Source of the DNA: a plasmid
Length of the DNA stretch: 64,000 nucleotides
Sequence record: NZ_CP029448.1
Direction: 5' to 3' (one strand)
The notes beneath the pieces were generated by a model. The model was not told where the DNA came from. It saw only the letters and a program-made list of their open reading frames with translations, and did not search any database. The translations under genes were made by a program, and so were the position numbers. Numbering within the stretch: position 1 is the first letter of the stretch; each line of letters begins with the position of its first letter. Below, piece after piece: positions 49,216 through 59,812 of this stretch.

Positions 49216-49326
49216 CCGTTCTGAATGCCCCGCGCTTTAGCGTGGGGAGCTACTTTTGAGGCGCTCGCGCCGATGCTGTTCGGTTATCCACTTTTTAAAG
49301 GGGATAACAGTAATGTCTTTTATTTT

Positions 49327-49369
49327 TTGGTTTATCTTTTAATACGTAAGTAATTAAAAGATAAACCAA
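49327..49369. repeat. 14-bp-arm inverted repeat ttggtttatctttt ... aaaagataaaccaa
   Basis: Read directly. Confidence 0.7.
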
Positions 49370-49480
49370 AAGAGTATTTGCGCCATCTCGTTTGCACTTC
49401 ATTATCACTTACCCACAAGCTATACAGCAGTTGTGGTGGGTCTACGCCGGAACCGCCGAAAAATCCGTCATTCCTGTAGG

Positions 49481-49518
49481 CGGGATGGGTTGGATTTCGA
49501 AAATTATTGTACGTTAAG
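49481..49518. repeat. degenerate copy of the 38-bp Tn3-family IR, same orientation as the IR at 50024
   Basis: cgggatgggttggatttcgaaaattattgtacgttaag versus ggggtcagtttggatatcgaaaattattgtacgttaag. Confidence 0.65.
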
Positions 49519-49589
49519 GCTGTTTTTTGTACTGAGGTTTATTGCAGACGTGCAGAATCCCCGCCAGCTAAGGCGGTAGTAGGCGGGGA

Positions 49590-49988
49590 TCAGGCAAAGG
49601 TTAGGGAGTAGTATTCCTGTTTGCGCTGGCGAGCCACTTCACGCTTCGCTTTCATCCTGGCTAACCCGGCAGCGGCCTTACGCGTCCAGTTCTCAACCTT
49701 GATAGCGATTAACCGGACATCCCCGGAGGATATGATTTCTTCCGGGTTGGCCTTAAGCAGCCTGGCGCGTTCCCGGTAAACCTGTTTTAGCGGGATGCCG
49801 AGAATGGCGAAGAAATCCTCTGTAACCTCAATGTGCTTGCAGGCGCAACGGGCGTCATAAGGGTTGAAAGGGGCTTTTTCCGAGATGATGGCATTAAGCC
49901 AGGAGAGGCGATCACATCCCCGGCTGGCACGAGAAATCGACTTGTGACCCGCATCACTGCGCGTCGCCAGCCCGGCGCGTTCGGCCAA
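49590..49988 (-). CDS. hypothetical protein (132 aa) between two same-orientation Tn3-type IRs
   Basis: ORF followed by hairpin atccccgcc..ggcggggat at 49556-49589. Family not recognised. Confidence 0.4.
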   Translation of the reverse strand: MAERAGLATRSDAGHKSISRASRGCDRLSWLNAIISEKAPFNPYDARCACKHIEVTEDFFAILGIPLKQVYRERARLLKANPEEIISSGDVRLIAIKVENWTRKAAAGLARMKAKREVARQRKQEYYSLTFA

Positions 49989-50023
49989 CGTTTCAAGGTT
50001 ATGTATGGTTTGCCAGTCTCTTA

Positions 50024-53000
50024 GGGGTCAGTTTGGATATAGAGAATTATTGTACGGCAAGCCTGTTTTTTGAACAGGCTTGCCTATAGCAATAGGGTGT
50101 ACCCTTATGCGATACCATTTTTGTTAAAAATTCCGCATCAAATAATTTATGAGGGAAACTATATGGCAAGGAGGCAGATTCTTTCTCTGTCGGAAAGAGA
50201 ATCATTACTGGCATTGCCAGATGATGAGTTAACGCTGACCCGAATGGCCTATTTCAGTGAGCATGATCTGGCACTTATCAGTGCTCACCGTAAACCTGCC
50301 AGCCGTTTTGGTTTTGCCGTCCTTCTTTGCTACCTGAAAAATGTCGGCTTTGCTCCGGATAAAAAAATCCCACCCTCTGATGCGCTGCTGAAGCATATCG
50401 CCAGCAGGCTAAAGCTTACCGGGGATCTCTGGCCTGCTTACCTTTCCGGCAGGGATACGACCCGGCGTGAGCATTTAACCGAACTGTACCGCTATCTTGG
50501 CGTAAAGGCGTTCACCGGCAAAATACAGCAGGACGGTATTACGCACCTGTTGTCGATGGCGACGCGCACCGATAAAGGTATTCTCCTGGCCGAAGAGTTA
50601 CTGGTCTGGCTCCGGCAGAACAACGTGATAATTCCCGCGATTGATGTCGTGGAGCGGACCTGTGCGGAGGCCATGGCTGGCGGAGATAAAATCGTATTTC
50701 AGACCCTGAATGCCCCGTTAACTCCGGCGCACCGGGATGCCCTGGATCGTTTACTTGAGTCATCAGATAATCAGCCTTCCAGGCTGACATGGCTTCTGCA
50801 ACCGCCGGGTAAAATCAATGGTAAGAACGTACTGCAACATCTTGATCGGCTCAGCAGCATTGAATCGCTGGCATTACCTGAAGGTATAGATCGTACCATT
50901 CACCAGAACCGGTTGCTGAAACTGGCGCGGGAAGGCCGAAAGATGAGTAGCCGGGATTTGACCCGATTTTCAGCAGCCCGCCGTCATGCGATCCTGGTCT
51001 GCGTGCTGGAAGAAGCCAGAGCCACACTGACAGACGAAGTGATTGAGCTGCATGAACGAATGCTGAACAGCCTTTTCAACAAAGCCAAAAGAACACAGGC
51101 TGAGCGCCTTCAGCAGACCGGAAAGCTGATCCAGTCCAAACTGAGGCAGTACATCGATGTTGGTCAGGCGCTGTCTGATGCCCGCGACTCCGGTGGCGAT
51201 CCATGGCTCGCAATAGAAAACATACTCCCGTGGCCTGAATTTGTCGCCAGTCTGGAGGAAACACGCCATCTCGCCAGAAAAAATAATTTTGACCCGCTGC
51301 ATATTATTACTGAGAAATACAGCACATTACGGAAATATGCCCCGCGCATGTTGTCCGCTTTACAGTTAGTCGCAACCCCGGCAGCACAACCTCTGGCTGA
51401 TGCGCTGGTTGTGATCAAGGATATGTACCGGAAGCAGTCACGTAAAGTTCCGGCGACTGCGCCGCTTGAGTTTGTCCCTGAAAGCTGGCGCAAGGTGGTG
51501 ATTACACCTGCGGGTATTGACCGGCAGTATTATGAATTTTGTGCGCTCAGCGAGCTTAAGGGAGCGTTGCGCTCCGGGGACATCTGGGTTAAAGGCTCAC
51601 GCCGCTACAAAAATTTTGATGATTACCTCATTCCCGAAAAGGACTTTGACAAACTCACACCGGCGCTGCCACTGCCCGTATCTGCTGATTATCATGAGTA
51701 CATTGCCAGCCGTATGACTCTGCTTCAGTCCAGACTTGAAGAGGTCAATGCCATGGCTGCCCTTGGTGAACTGCCCGATGTGGAAATATCCGACAAGGGC
51801 GTAAAAGTCTCTCCGCTGGATAACTGCGTTCCGGCACAGGTTTCACCGCTGGCAGAACTGGTTTACAGCATGCTACCGCGACCTAAAATCACGGAAATTC
51901 TCGACGAGGTAAACTGCTGGACGACGTTTACCCGTCATTTTTCGCATATAAAAAATGACATTACCCGTCCCGATACCCGCCAGCTCCTCACCACCATTCT
52001 TGCGGATGGCATCAATCTTGGCCTGACCAAAATGGCAGAAGCCTGCCCCGGGAGCACCAAATCATCACTCGAAGATATTCAGGCATGGTATACCCGCGAC
52101 GAAACCTATTCAGCCGCGCTTGCTGAGCTGGTAAATGCGCAGGGAAAAAGACCACTGGCGGCATTCTGGGGAGACGGAACAACGTCATCATCAGATGGAC
52201 AGAATTTCAGAACAGGCAGCTCAGGCCGCTACGCAGGGCAGGTTAACCCGAAATATGGGCAAGAACCTGGACGTCAGTTTTATACCCATATTTCGGATCA
52301 ATACAGCCCGTTTTACACCTGCATAATAAGTCGGGTCAGGGATTCAACCCATGTTCTCGATGGTTTGCTGTATCACGAAAGCGACCTGGAAATCAGGGAG
52401 CATTACACCGATACAGCTGGTTTCACCGATCATGTCTTTGCCCTGATGCATCTGCTAGGCTTTGCGTTCTGTCCACGAATCAGGGATCTCCACGACAAAA
52501 AGCTGTTTATCAAAGGGAAAGCAGACCAATACCCGGCGCTTCAGTCACTGATATCAACAACCAGCCTGAATCTGAAAGAGATCGAAATTCACTGGCGTGA
52601 AGTGCTGCGCCTGGCAACCTCGATAAAGCAGGGAACCGTGACGGCATCCCTGATGCTTAAAAAGCTTGCCAGCTACCCCAAGCAAAACGGACTTGCCAAA
52701 GCACTGAGGGAAATTGGCCGTATTGAACGAACGCTGTTTATGCTCGACTGGTTCCGCGATCCGGCACTTCGTCGGCGGGTACAGGCGGGACTGAATAAAG
52801 GAGAAGCCCGTAACGCGCTGGCGCGCGCGGTATTCCTGCACCGTCTGGGTGAAATCAGGGATCGTAAACCGGAAAATCAGAGCTACCGCGCCAGCGGACT
52901 GACGCTGCTGACGGCAGCTATCTCGCTGTGGAATACCATCTATATGGAAAGAGCGGTCGATACCCTGAAGCGTAAAGGGATGAAGATCAACGAGCGACTG

Positions 53001-53173
53001 CTGTCGCATTTGTCCCCGCTAGGCTGGGAACACATCAATCTTACAGGCGATTATATCTGGAAAAGCAACCGGATACCGGCTTCCGGTAAGTTTCGTCGGC
53101 TGCGGCCAGCTAAAGTAGGAAGGTCAAAAAACGACCTTAACGTACAATAATTTTCGATATCCAAATTGACCCC
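50024..53173 (+). mobile_element. IS-like Tn3-family element (IR-tnpA-IR, 3150 bp, no tnpR/res); apparently intact
   Basis: IRs at 50024-50061 and 53136-53173 (reverse complement). tnpA terminates inside the right IR. Confidence 0.8.
50163..53150 (+). CDS. tnpA: Tn3-family DDE transposase TnpA (996 aa)
   Basis: N-terminus MARRQILSLSERESLLALPDDELTL...RFGFAVLLCYLK is a typical Tn3 TnpA start. Full length with no frameshifts seen. Confidence 0.85.
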   Translation: MARRQILSLSERESLLALPDDELTLTRMAYFSEHDLALISAHRKPASRFGFAVLLCYLKNVGFAPDKKIPPSDALLKHIASRLKLTGDLWPAYLSGRDTTRREHLTELYRYLGVKAFTGKIQQDGITHLLSMATRTDKGILLAEELLVWLRQNNVIIPAIDVVERTCAEAMAGGDKIVFQTLNAPLTPAHRDALDRLLESSDNQPSRLTWLLQPPGKINGKNVLQHLDRLSSIESLALPEGIDRTIHQNRLLKLAREGRKMSSRDLTRFSAARRHAILVCVLEEARATLTDEVIELHERMLNSLFNKAKRTQAERLQQTGKLIQSKLRQYIDVGQALSDARDSGGDPWLAIENILPWPEFVASLEETRHLARKNNFDPLHIITEKYSTLRKYAPRMLSALQLVATPAAQPLADALVVIKDMYRKQSRKVPATAPLEFVPESWRKVVITPAGIDRQYYEFCALSELKGALRSGDIWVKGSRRYKNFDDYLIPEKDFDKLTPALPLPVSADYHEYIASRMTLLQSRLEEVNAMAALGELPDVEISDKGVKVSPLDNCVPAQVSPLAELVYSMLPRPKITEILDEVNCWTTFTRHFSHIKNDITRPDTRQLLTTILADGINLGLTKMAEACPGSTKSSLEDIQAWYTRDETYSAALAELVNAQGKRPLAAFWGDGTTSSSDGQNFRTGSSGRYAGQVNPKYGQEPGRQFYTHISDQYSPFYTCIISRVRDSTHVLDGLLYHESDLEIREHYTDTAGFTDHVFALMHLLGFAFCPRIRDLHDKKLFIKGKADQYPALQSLISTTSLNLKEIEIHWREVLRLATSIKQGTVTASLMLKKLASYPKQNGLAKALREIGRIERTLFMLDWFRDPALRRRVQAGLNKGEARNALARAVFLHRLGEIRDRKPENQSYRASGLTLLTAAISLWNTIYMERAVDTLKRKGMKINERLLSHLSPLGWEHINLTGDYIWKSNRIPASGKFRRLRPAKVGRSKNDLNVQ

Positions 53174-53473
53174 ATGCAGGGACACTGTCCCTACTGTCAT
53201 AAATTTGACCCGGTGCTGAAGCAGCTGGCCGGACAGTATGGCTTCTCCGTGTTCTCTTACACCATTGACGGACAGGGTGATGACGCGTTTCCGGAAGCGC
53301 TGCCGGCGCCTCCTGACGTGATGCAGACCTTTTTCCCCAATATCCCGGTGGCCACACCGACTACGTTTCTGGTGAACGTAAACACGCTGGCAGCGTACCC
53401 GATCCTGCAGGGCGCCACGGATGCACAGGGCTTTATGGCCAGAGTGGATACGGTATTTCAGATGATGCACTGA
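53165..53473 (+). pseudogene. trbB: 3' fragment of a second, diverged trbB (C-terminal 98 codons), abutting the Tn3-type right IR
   Basis: About 88% nt identity to 19335-19640. The encoded GHCPYCHKFDPVLKQL... has substitutions relative to the resident trbB. Confidence 0.85.
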
Positions 53474-53529
53474 GTCTCTGTTATATCCGGTCTTAGCAAG
53501 TGATTAAGGAAAATAGCCATGAACAAATA

Positions 53530-54297
53530 GGTAATGCTGCCAACTTGCTGATTTAGTGTATAATGGTGTTTTTGAGGTGCTCCAGTGGCTTCTGTTTCTA
53601 TCAGCTGTCCCTCCTGTTCAGCTACTGACGGGGTGGTGCGTAACGGCAAAAGCACTGCCGGACATCAGCGCTATCTCTGCTCTCACTGCCGTAAAACATG
53701 GCAACTGCAGTTCACTTACACCGCTTCTCAACCCGGTACGCACCAGAAAATCATTGATATGGCCATGAATGGTGTTGGATGCCGGGCAACCGCCCGCATT
53801 ATGGGCGTTGGCCTCAACACGATTTTACGTCACTTAAAAAACTCAGGCCGCAGTCGGTAACCTCGCGCATACAGCCGGGCAGTGATGTGATTGTCTGCGC
53901 TGAAATGGACGAACAGTGGGGCTACGTCGGTGCTAAATCACGTCAGCGCTGGCTGTTTTACGCGTATGACAGGATACGCAGGGTGGTGGTAGCCCACGTC
54001 TTCGGTGAACGCACTCTGGCCACACTGGAGCGTCTTCTGAGCCTGCTGTCGGCCTTTGAGGTCGTGGTATGGATGACGGATGGCTGACCGCTGTATGAAT
54101 CCCGCCTGAAGGGAAAGCTGCACGTTATCAGCAAGCGTTACACTCAGCGCATTGAGCGACATAACCTGAATCTGAGACAACATCTGGCAAGGCTGGGACG
54201 GAAGTCCCTGTCGTTCTCCAAATCGGTGGAGCTGCATGACAAAGTCATCGGGCACTATCTGAACATAAAACACTATCAGTAAATTGGAGTCATTACC
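53530..54297 (+). mobile_element. IS1 copy 2 (768 bp); insB carries a TGG-to-TGA nonsense change
   Basis: Both IRs present. InsA intact (53585..53860). InsB reading frame stops at 54085-54087 (..WMTDG*), where the normal InsB reads WMTDGWPLY. Confidence 0.85.
53585..53860 (+). CDS. insA: IS1 InsA
   Basis: [40 protein letters not shown]... Confidence 0.9.
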
Positions 54298-54585
54298 GAT
54301 CATGTCAGCTTCACACACCAGAACGGGTGATATATGGATCATCATTACCCCAACGGCAGTTTTACACCATGGCTAATATGGATGCTGTCTTACTAAGATA
54401 ATTGGTTTTTAGCGAGTGACGAGCCAGGTTGTGTCAGTCTGTCTCATGTCGATATTACGGGGATGATGCAAACCTGAATGCTGCGATATTGGCGTGTCAG
54501 GGGAGGCATCTTACGGTATCATTTACCGCAATTTTTAAGATGCAATGCCCTTCATCGCAGGCTTTTCTTCAGACCAGGATGATTC

Positions 54586-56109
54586 ATGAACGACAAAATC
54601 AGTCAGGACACGATCAACAAAGCCCTGTGGGCCGCGTGTGATACGTTCCGTGGCACCATCAGTGCTGATACCTATAAAGACTTTATCCTTACCATGCTGT
54701 TCCTTAAGTACATTTCGGATGTCTGGCAGGATCATTACGATGAATATAAAAAACAGTATGGTGATGCACCAGAACTCATTGAAGCCATGATGGCCAACGA
54801 GCGTTTTGTACTGCCAAAAAGTGCCAGCTTTTATGCGCTGTACGAACGCCGCCATGAGCCGGGTAACGGTGAGCGTATCGATCAGGCTCTGCATGCGATT
54901 GAAGAAGCTAATGGCACCAAACTGAAAGACGCCGGGAAAAGCGTGTTCCAGGATATTTCGTTTAACACCGATCGCCTAGGTGAAGAAAAACAGAAGAACA
55001 CCATCCTGCGTCAGCTGCTGGAAGACTTTGCCGGTCAAGATCTTAACCTGAAGCCGAGCCGTGTCGGTACGCTGGACGTTATCGGTAATGCCTACGAATA
55101 TCTGATCAAAAACTTTGCTGCCAGCGGTGGGCAGAAAGCCGGGGAGTTCTATACCCCGCCGGAAGTTTCGGACCTGATTGCAGAACTGCTCGATCCGCAA
55201 CCGGGTGATACCATCTGCGATCCAGCCTGTGGTTCCGGTTCATTATTGATGAAGTGTGGGCGTAAAATTGTCTCCGGGCATGATAGTCGTAACTATGCAT
55301 TGTTCGGTCAGGAAGCGATCGGTTCTACGTGGTCGCTGGCGAAAATGAATATGTTCCTGCACGGGGAAGACAACCATAAAATCGAGTGGGGCGATACCAT
55401 TCGCAACCCGAAGCTGCTCGATAAAAATGGCGACCTGATGCTGTTTGATATCGTGACCGCTAACCCACCGTTCAGCCTCGATAAGTGGGGCCATGACGAG
55501 GCCGAGAACGATAAGTTTGGCCGTTTTCGTCGCGGTGTACCGCCGAAGACTAAAGGAGATTACGCTTTTATCTCGCATATGATCGAAACCCTGAAACCGG
55601 GAACTGGCCGTATGGGCGTAGTTGTGCCACACGGTGTGCTTTTCCGTGGCTCCAGCGAAGGTAAAATTCGCCAGAAACTGATCGACGAAAATTTGCTGGA
55701 TGCGGTAATTGGTCTGCCGGAAAAACTGTTCTACGGTACGGGGATTCCGGCTGCGATTCTGATTTTCAAAAAGCAGAAAGTTGATGACAAGGTGCTGTTT
55801 ATCGATGCCAGCCGTGAATTCAAGGCAGGTAAAAACCAGAACCAGCTTAGCGAAGAAAACATTAAGAAAATCGTCAAGACCTACCGTGATGGCGATAACG
55901 TCGAGAAATATGCCTACCTTGCCAGCCTGAAAGAGATTCAGGACAACGACTATAACCTCAATATCCCGCGCTATGTCGATACCTTTGAAGAAGAGGAAGA
56001 GATCGATTTGCTGGCGGTACGTGCTGAGCGTGAGCAACTGAAAGCGGAATTGGCGAAGCTGGAAACGGAGATGGCTGGATATTTGAAGGAGTTGGGTTAT
56101 GATTCCTAA
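54586..56109 (+). CDS. hsdM: Type I restriction-modification methyltransferase subunit HsdM
   Basis: 507 aa; GGQKAGEFYTPPEV, DPACGSGSLL and NPPF motifs. Confidence 0.9.
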   Translation: MNDKISQDTINKALWAACDTFRGTISADTYKDFILTMLFLKYISDVWQDHYDEYKKQYGDAPELIEAMMANERFVLPKSASFYALYERRHEPGNGERIDQALHAIEEANGTKLKDAGKSVFQDISFNTDRLGEEKQKNTILRQLLEDFAGQDLNLKPSRVGTLDVIGNAYEYLIKNFAASGGQKAGEFYTPPEVSDLIAELLDPQPGDTICDPACGSGSLLMKCGRKIVSGHDSRNYALFGQEAIGSTWSLAKMNMFLHGEDNHKIEWGDTIRNPKLLDKNGDLMLFDIVTANPPFSLDKWGHDEAENDKFGRFRRGVPPKTKGDYAFISHMIETLKPGTGRMGVVVPHGVLFRGSSEGKIRQKLIDENLLDAVIGLPEKLFYGTGIPAAILIFKKQKVDDKVLFIDASREFKAGKNQNQLSEENIKKIVKTYRDGDNVEKYAYLASLKEIQDNDYNLNIPRYVDTFEEEEEIDLLAVRAEREQLKAELAKLETEMAGYLKELGYDS

Positions 56110-57325
56110 GGGGTGGTCATCTCAGAAACTCTCATCGGTTGCGTCGATAATCGATTGCAAACACAGGACTCCTGAGTACGTTAAATCGGGAATACCACTT
56201 GTCTCACCGGGGACGATAAAATGGGGAGCCTTAGATCTGATTTCACCTGTAAAAAGAGTTACAGAAGAAGAATATCGCTCTCTGATGGATCACTGTGTTG
56301 TTGAACAAGGTGATTTGGTTATGAGTCGTAACCAGTCTGTCGGTGTTGTTAGCTATGTGGATTCCAAAAAGCCATTTGTATTAGGGCAAGACACTGTCTT
56401 AATTAAAGCAATCCATGCAGATTGGCGGTTTATTTACTACACATTACAATCAGATTTAGTCCAGCGACAGATAGCAAAAAGTGCAGGTGGTTCTACCTTT
56501 TCTAGAATTAACCTTTCTGATATTAGAGCGTTAAACATAAAAACTCCTGCTATTTGTGAACAAGATAAAATATCTCAAATTCTGACCGCCTGGGATAAGG
56601 CAATTTCGGTGACGGAAAGCCTTCTCGCCAACAGTCAACAGCAGAAAAAAGCCCTGATGCAGCAATTGCTTACCGGGAATAAACGGTTGCTGGATGAGAA
56701 TGGGGTGAGGTTTAGTGGGGAGTGGAAAATTACTAAACTAATACAAATGGGCAAAGTTGTATCCGGTGGAACACCTGATACAAACATGGCCATGTATTGG
56801 GAAGGCGATATTCTATGGCTTACCCCAACTGATGTTACTGCATTAACGGGTAGGTTCGTTAGCAATACTAGTAGAAAAATTACTCCTGCGGGATTACTAA
56901 ATAGCTCAGCTGTTCTTTTGCCAAAAGGTAGTTTGATGGTATGTACAAGAGCTACCATTGGTGCTTTAGCAATTTCGACATCGGAAATTTGTACCAATCA
57001 AGGTTTTAAAAACATCATTCCGAATGAAGGGTTTAATATCGAATTTATTTATTATTTGTTGCAAATGAACACAAATGAGATGATCAAAAAATCATCTGGC
57101 TCAACATTTTTAGAACTTTCCAAGAAAGATTTTGAAACTTTAAGCTTTTCTTGCCCATTTATTAAAGAGCAACAAAAAATCGCCGCCGTGCTGTCCGCTG
57201 CTGACACCGAAATCTCCACACTTGAGAAAAAACTCGCCTGCCTGAAAGACGAGAAGAAAGCCTTGATGCAGCAACTGCTGACCGGGAAACGTCGGGTGAA
57301 AGTGGATGAGGCGGTTGCCGTATGA
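56099..57325 (+). CDS. hsdS: Type I R-M specificity subunit HsdS (two target-recognition domains)
   Basis: 408 aa. Conserved repeat KKALMQQLLTG(N/K)(K/R)R occurs centrally and at the C-terminus. Overlaps the hsdM stop. Confidence 0.85.
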   Translation: MIPKGWSSQKLSSVASIIDCKHRTPEYVKSGIPLVSPGTIKWGALDLISPVKRVTEEEYRSLMDHCVVEQGDLVMSRNQSVGVVSYVDSKKPFVLGQDTVLIKAIHADWRFIYYTLQSDLVQRQIAKSAGGSTFSRINLSDIRALNIKTPAICEQDKISQILTAWDKAISVTESLLANSQQQKKALMQQLLTGNKRLLDENGVRFSGEWKITKLIQMGKVVSGGTPDTNMAMYWEGDILWLTPTDVTALTGRFVSNTSRKITPAGLLNSSAVLLPKGSLMVCTRATIGALAISTSEICTNQGFKNIIPNEGFNIEFIYYLLQMNTNEMIKKSSGSTFLELSKKDFETLSFSCPFIKEQQKIAAVLSAADTEISTLEKKLACLKDEKKALMQQLLTGKRRVKVDEAVAV

Positions 57326-58005
57326 AACTGACGAAAAGCGGTCCACTGACTGACCGGGAAATCGACTGGCTGGAAGAAATATTAATGAAGTATGGAATGG
57401 ATGATTCTGTACTCTGTTTCTCTGAGCTGGATGGATTGCTGACGGCGATTGTCTCTGGCCCGAATACGATTTCCCCTAATACCTGGCTCAGTGCTATCTG
57501 GGGGCGAGGTGATTACCACCCTCGCTGGACCACTGAAAAAGAGATGACGCGTTTTGTGGGGCTGTGTTTTCAGCATATGAACGATATCGCTGGCTGCCTG
57601 TATGAGGCCCCTGAACAGTTTGAACCGATTTTCAATGGACGTGAGGTGAAGGGGAAGACATATACCATCGTCGAAGAGTGGTGTTTCGGGTATATGAAAG
57701 GCCGGTCTCTGGATGACTGGTCAGCCTTGCCAGAGTCCTTACGTCCCTCGCTGGAGGCGATAGCCCTTCATGGTATTGAAAAGAACTTCCCAGTGGTTGA
57801 GAAAATGTCACCTGTTCAATTTGAACAGAGTATTACTCTCATTCAGCCTGCGGCACTGGCGCTTTACCAGCACTGGTTGTCGGTGAGAATGTCAGAGGCA
57901 TCATCCCGGCCTGTTCCCGTGAAGGGGGCAGAAAAACTGCCCGGTCGTAATGACCCGTGTCAGTGTGGCAGTGGTAAAAAATTTAAAAAGTGCTGCCTGC
58001 ACTGA
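57322..58005 (+). CDS. YecA-like protein: UPF0149 (YgfB/YecA) domain plus C-terminal SEC-C metal-binding motif
   Basis: ..EWCFGYM.. and ..LEAIALHG.. match YecA. C-terminus GRNDPCQCGSGKKFKKCCLH is a SecA-type MBD. Confidence 0.75.
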   Translation: MKLTKSGPLTDREIDWLEEILMKYGMDDSVLCFSELDGLLTAIVSGPNTISPNTWLSAIWGRGDYHPRWTTEKEMTRFVGLCFQHMNDIAGCLYEAPEQFEPIFNGREVKGKTYTIVEEWCFGYMKGRSLDDWSALPESLRPSLEAIALHGIEKNFPVVEKMSPVQFEQSITLIQPAALALYQHWLSVRMSEASSRPVPVKGAEKLPGRNDPCQCGSGKKFKKCCLH

Positions 58006-58027
58006 CAAAGCGGAAGGGGGCTTGCTC

Positions 58028-59812
58028 ATGGCAGTGAACAATCTGGATCGTTCCCGGTGGTACATGGGAAATGTTCTCTGGTTCGGAGGCTACAACAGCA
58101 AAACGGATCGGGAGAATAACTTTGGCTTTCTCTTATCAGAGAATGGTAATGAGCTGTTTTTTCATAAGAATGAGATAAGCCGGAACTATACACCCGCTGA
58201 CAATGCACCGGTGCTGTTCAGGGAAGGTACAGGTAAAAATGGTAAGCCTACGGCTTTTAATGTTCACATTCTTGATAAAACAGATGAGGAGACGGCTGAG
58301 CTCCTTATTGAATATCTCCGGGCTATTATTGAGGAGGGCGTTGATTTCGCTCGTTGGCGTTATCGTGACTGCGTTATTAATTTCCTCACTCAGTCCTTTG
58401 GCGAAAGGGCTATAATTCGGTTAGTTACCAGTGATATAGCTGCTACAAAAGTCTTACCGCTATTTTTAAAATCACGTAACTACGATAACCAGTTTGCACT
58501 TTTCGCATCTGATAAGAATTTTGATGATTTGACCGCACAACAAATATCTCCTGCGGTCATGCCTTCGTCATTTATCGATAATAACATTGATCAATTCGCT
58601 GTTTGGGTGAAAAGATGTTCTGCGGCTACGGATTGCCAGGGGGCTTCAACATCGGACATCATCAATGAATTACTCAGCCATATATCTATAAGTGCTATTC
58701 TCTACCTGGCTTTTTACGATTGTATAAGTAGCGAGCGGATTCTTGAGCATCGGCATGATGATATAGAGAATTTTGTTCGACATAGTTTCACGAAAAATAA
58801 AATGGATATACAACCATTTGTCCGTGATGCCTATCAGCAGAAATTCTCATCGAGAGAGCAATTTTATAAACATTCCGTGATTAGTCCTTTTATCAATACG
58901 TATTTGATTAAACAGAAGATGTTCAGAAAAGATTTCAGTTTTGTTAATGATATCGAGTCGAATACTGAAATTGCTTCTGATCCTGAATACTTCATTCTGA
59001 GTAAATTGTTACCGTTGCTTGGGCGCAACGATGAACAGTCCGTTCTGAGTATTATTCTGCATGAGATATGGCACGGAGTCTTGTCGGGTAAAATTCCGGT
59101 AAATCATCCTTCTGTTTTCAAATTGTTCCCACAATGTAGTTCATTACAAATTCGTTTCCCAAGTTTAGAATTATCCTGTGAGGCGTTTCACTGGAATGCA
59201 AAACAACCTGACGGAACGATAGAGAAAAAATTCCTTTGTCGTTCGAAAATCTGCCATGATCCGCAGGTATTACCCGACCTCAGTCGGGATTACATCGACT
59301 TCACTATTTATGACTGGCTTGCCCACTATGGCATGACCTATCTGATTGCAGGCGAACCTTCTAAGCGGGATTTCCCAATTAAACTGGCTGGGTATTTCAA
59401 TCGTATCAGAGAATTACATTCCCGCTTGCATTGCCGAAGTTGTGGGGTGCTGATGGTTCCAGATATGAAATATGCTCGTGTGGAAGTCAGCGTCTGGGAT
59501 ACAAAGTCGAAAGGATTTGTGAAAAAACCTTTCCAGGCCGCGTATCGCCTGACCGTCTTTAAATGTGCCAGTCATTCGTGCGAACAGTTTGGTATCGGGC
59601 ATTACATTAATCACTGTATTGGTTACAAATGCAGCGAAATAATTGACGCCAGGGATTTGCATGAAAAATGTTCAGAAGGACGATTTATTTGTGCATCCTG
59701 TGGTTCCTGCTGTACGACGCATCAGGAGAAATTTGGTAATGTAAACAAGGGCGAAACAGAACAGGTCAAGTACAATCGCCTTTATCGGGACTCGCCGTTC
59801 TTTTCATCATAA
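58028..59812 (+). CDS. 594-aa protein with an N-terminal cold-shock (CSD/OB-fold) domain and a Cys-rich C-terminal region; function unknown
   Basis: GNVLWFGGYNSKTDRENNFGFLLSENGNELFFHKNEIS....GKPTAFNVH follows the CspA pattern. C-terminal C..C/H clusters. Start at 58028 with SD ggaaggggg. Confidence 0.6.
   Translation: MAVNNLDRSRWYMGNVLWFGGYNSKTDRENNFGFLLSENGNELFFHKNEISRNYTPADNAPVLFREGTGKNGKPTAFNVHILDKTDEETAELLIEYLRAIIEEGVDFARWRYRDCVINFLTQSFGERAIIRLVTSDIAATKVLPLFLKSRNYDNQFALFASDKNFDDLTAQQISPAVMPSSFIDNNIDQFAVWVKRCSAATDCQGASTSDIINELLSHISISAILYLAFYDCISSERILEHRHDDIENFVRHSFTKNKMDIQPFVRDAYQQKFSSREQFYKHSVISPFINTYLIKQKMFRKDFSFVNDIESNTEIASDPEYFILSKLLPLLGRNDEQSVLSIILHEIWHGVLSGKIPVNHPSVFKLFPQCSSLQIRFPSLELSCEAFHWNAKQPDGTIEKKFLCRSKICHDPQVLPDLSRDYIDFTIYDWLAHYGMTYLIAGEPSKRDFPIKLAGYFNRIRELHSRLHCRSCGVLMVPDMKYARVEVSVWDTKSKGFVKKPFQAAYRLTVFKCASHSCEQFGIGHYINHCIGYKCSEIIDARDLHEKCSEGRFICASCGSCCTTHQEKFGNVNKGETEQVKYNRLYRDSPFFSS

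Noticed and set aside
57950-58027. Upstream in-frame start (57950) for the CSD-containing protein
   Set aside because: That start would overlap 56 nt of the preceding gene. ATG 58028 has a strong SD (ggaaggggg) and begins right after the upstream stop.
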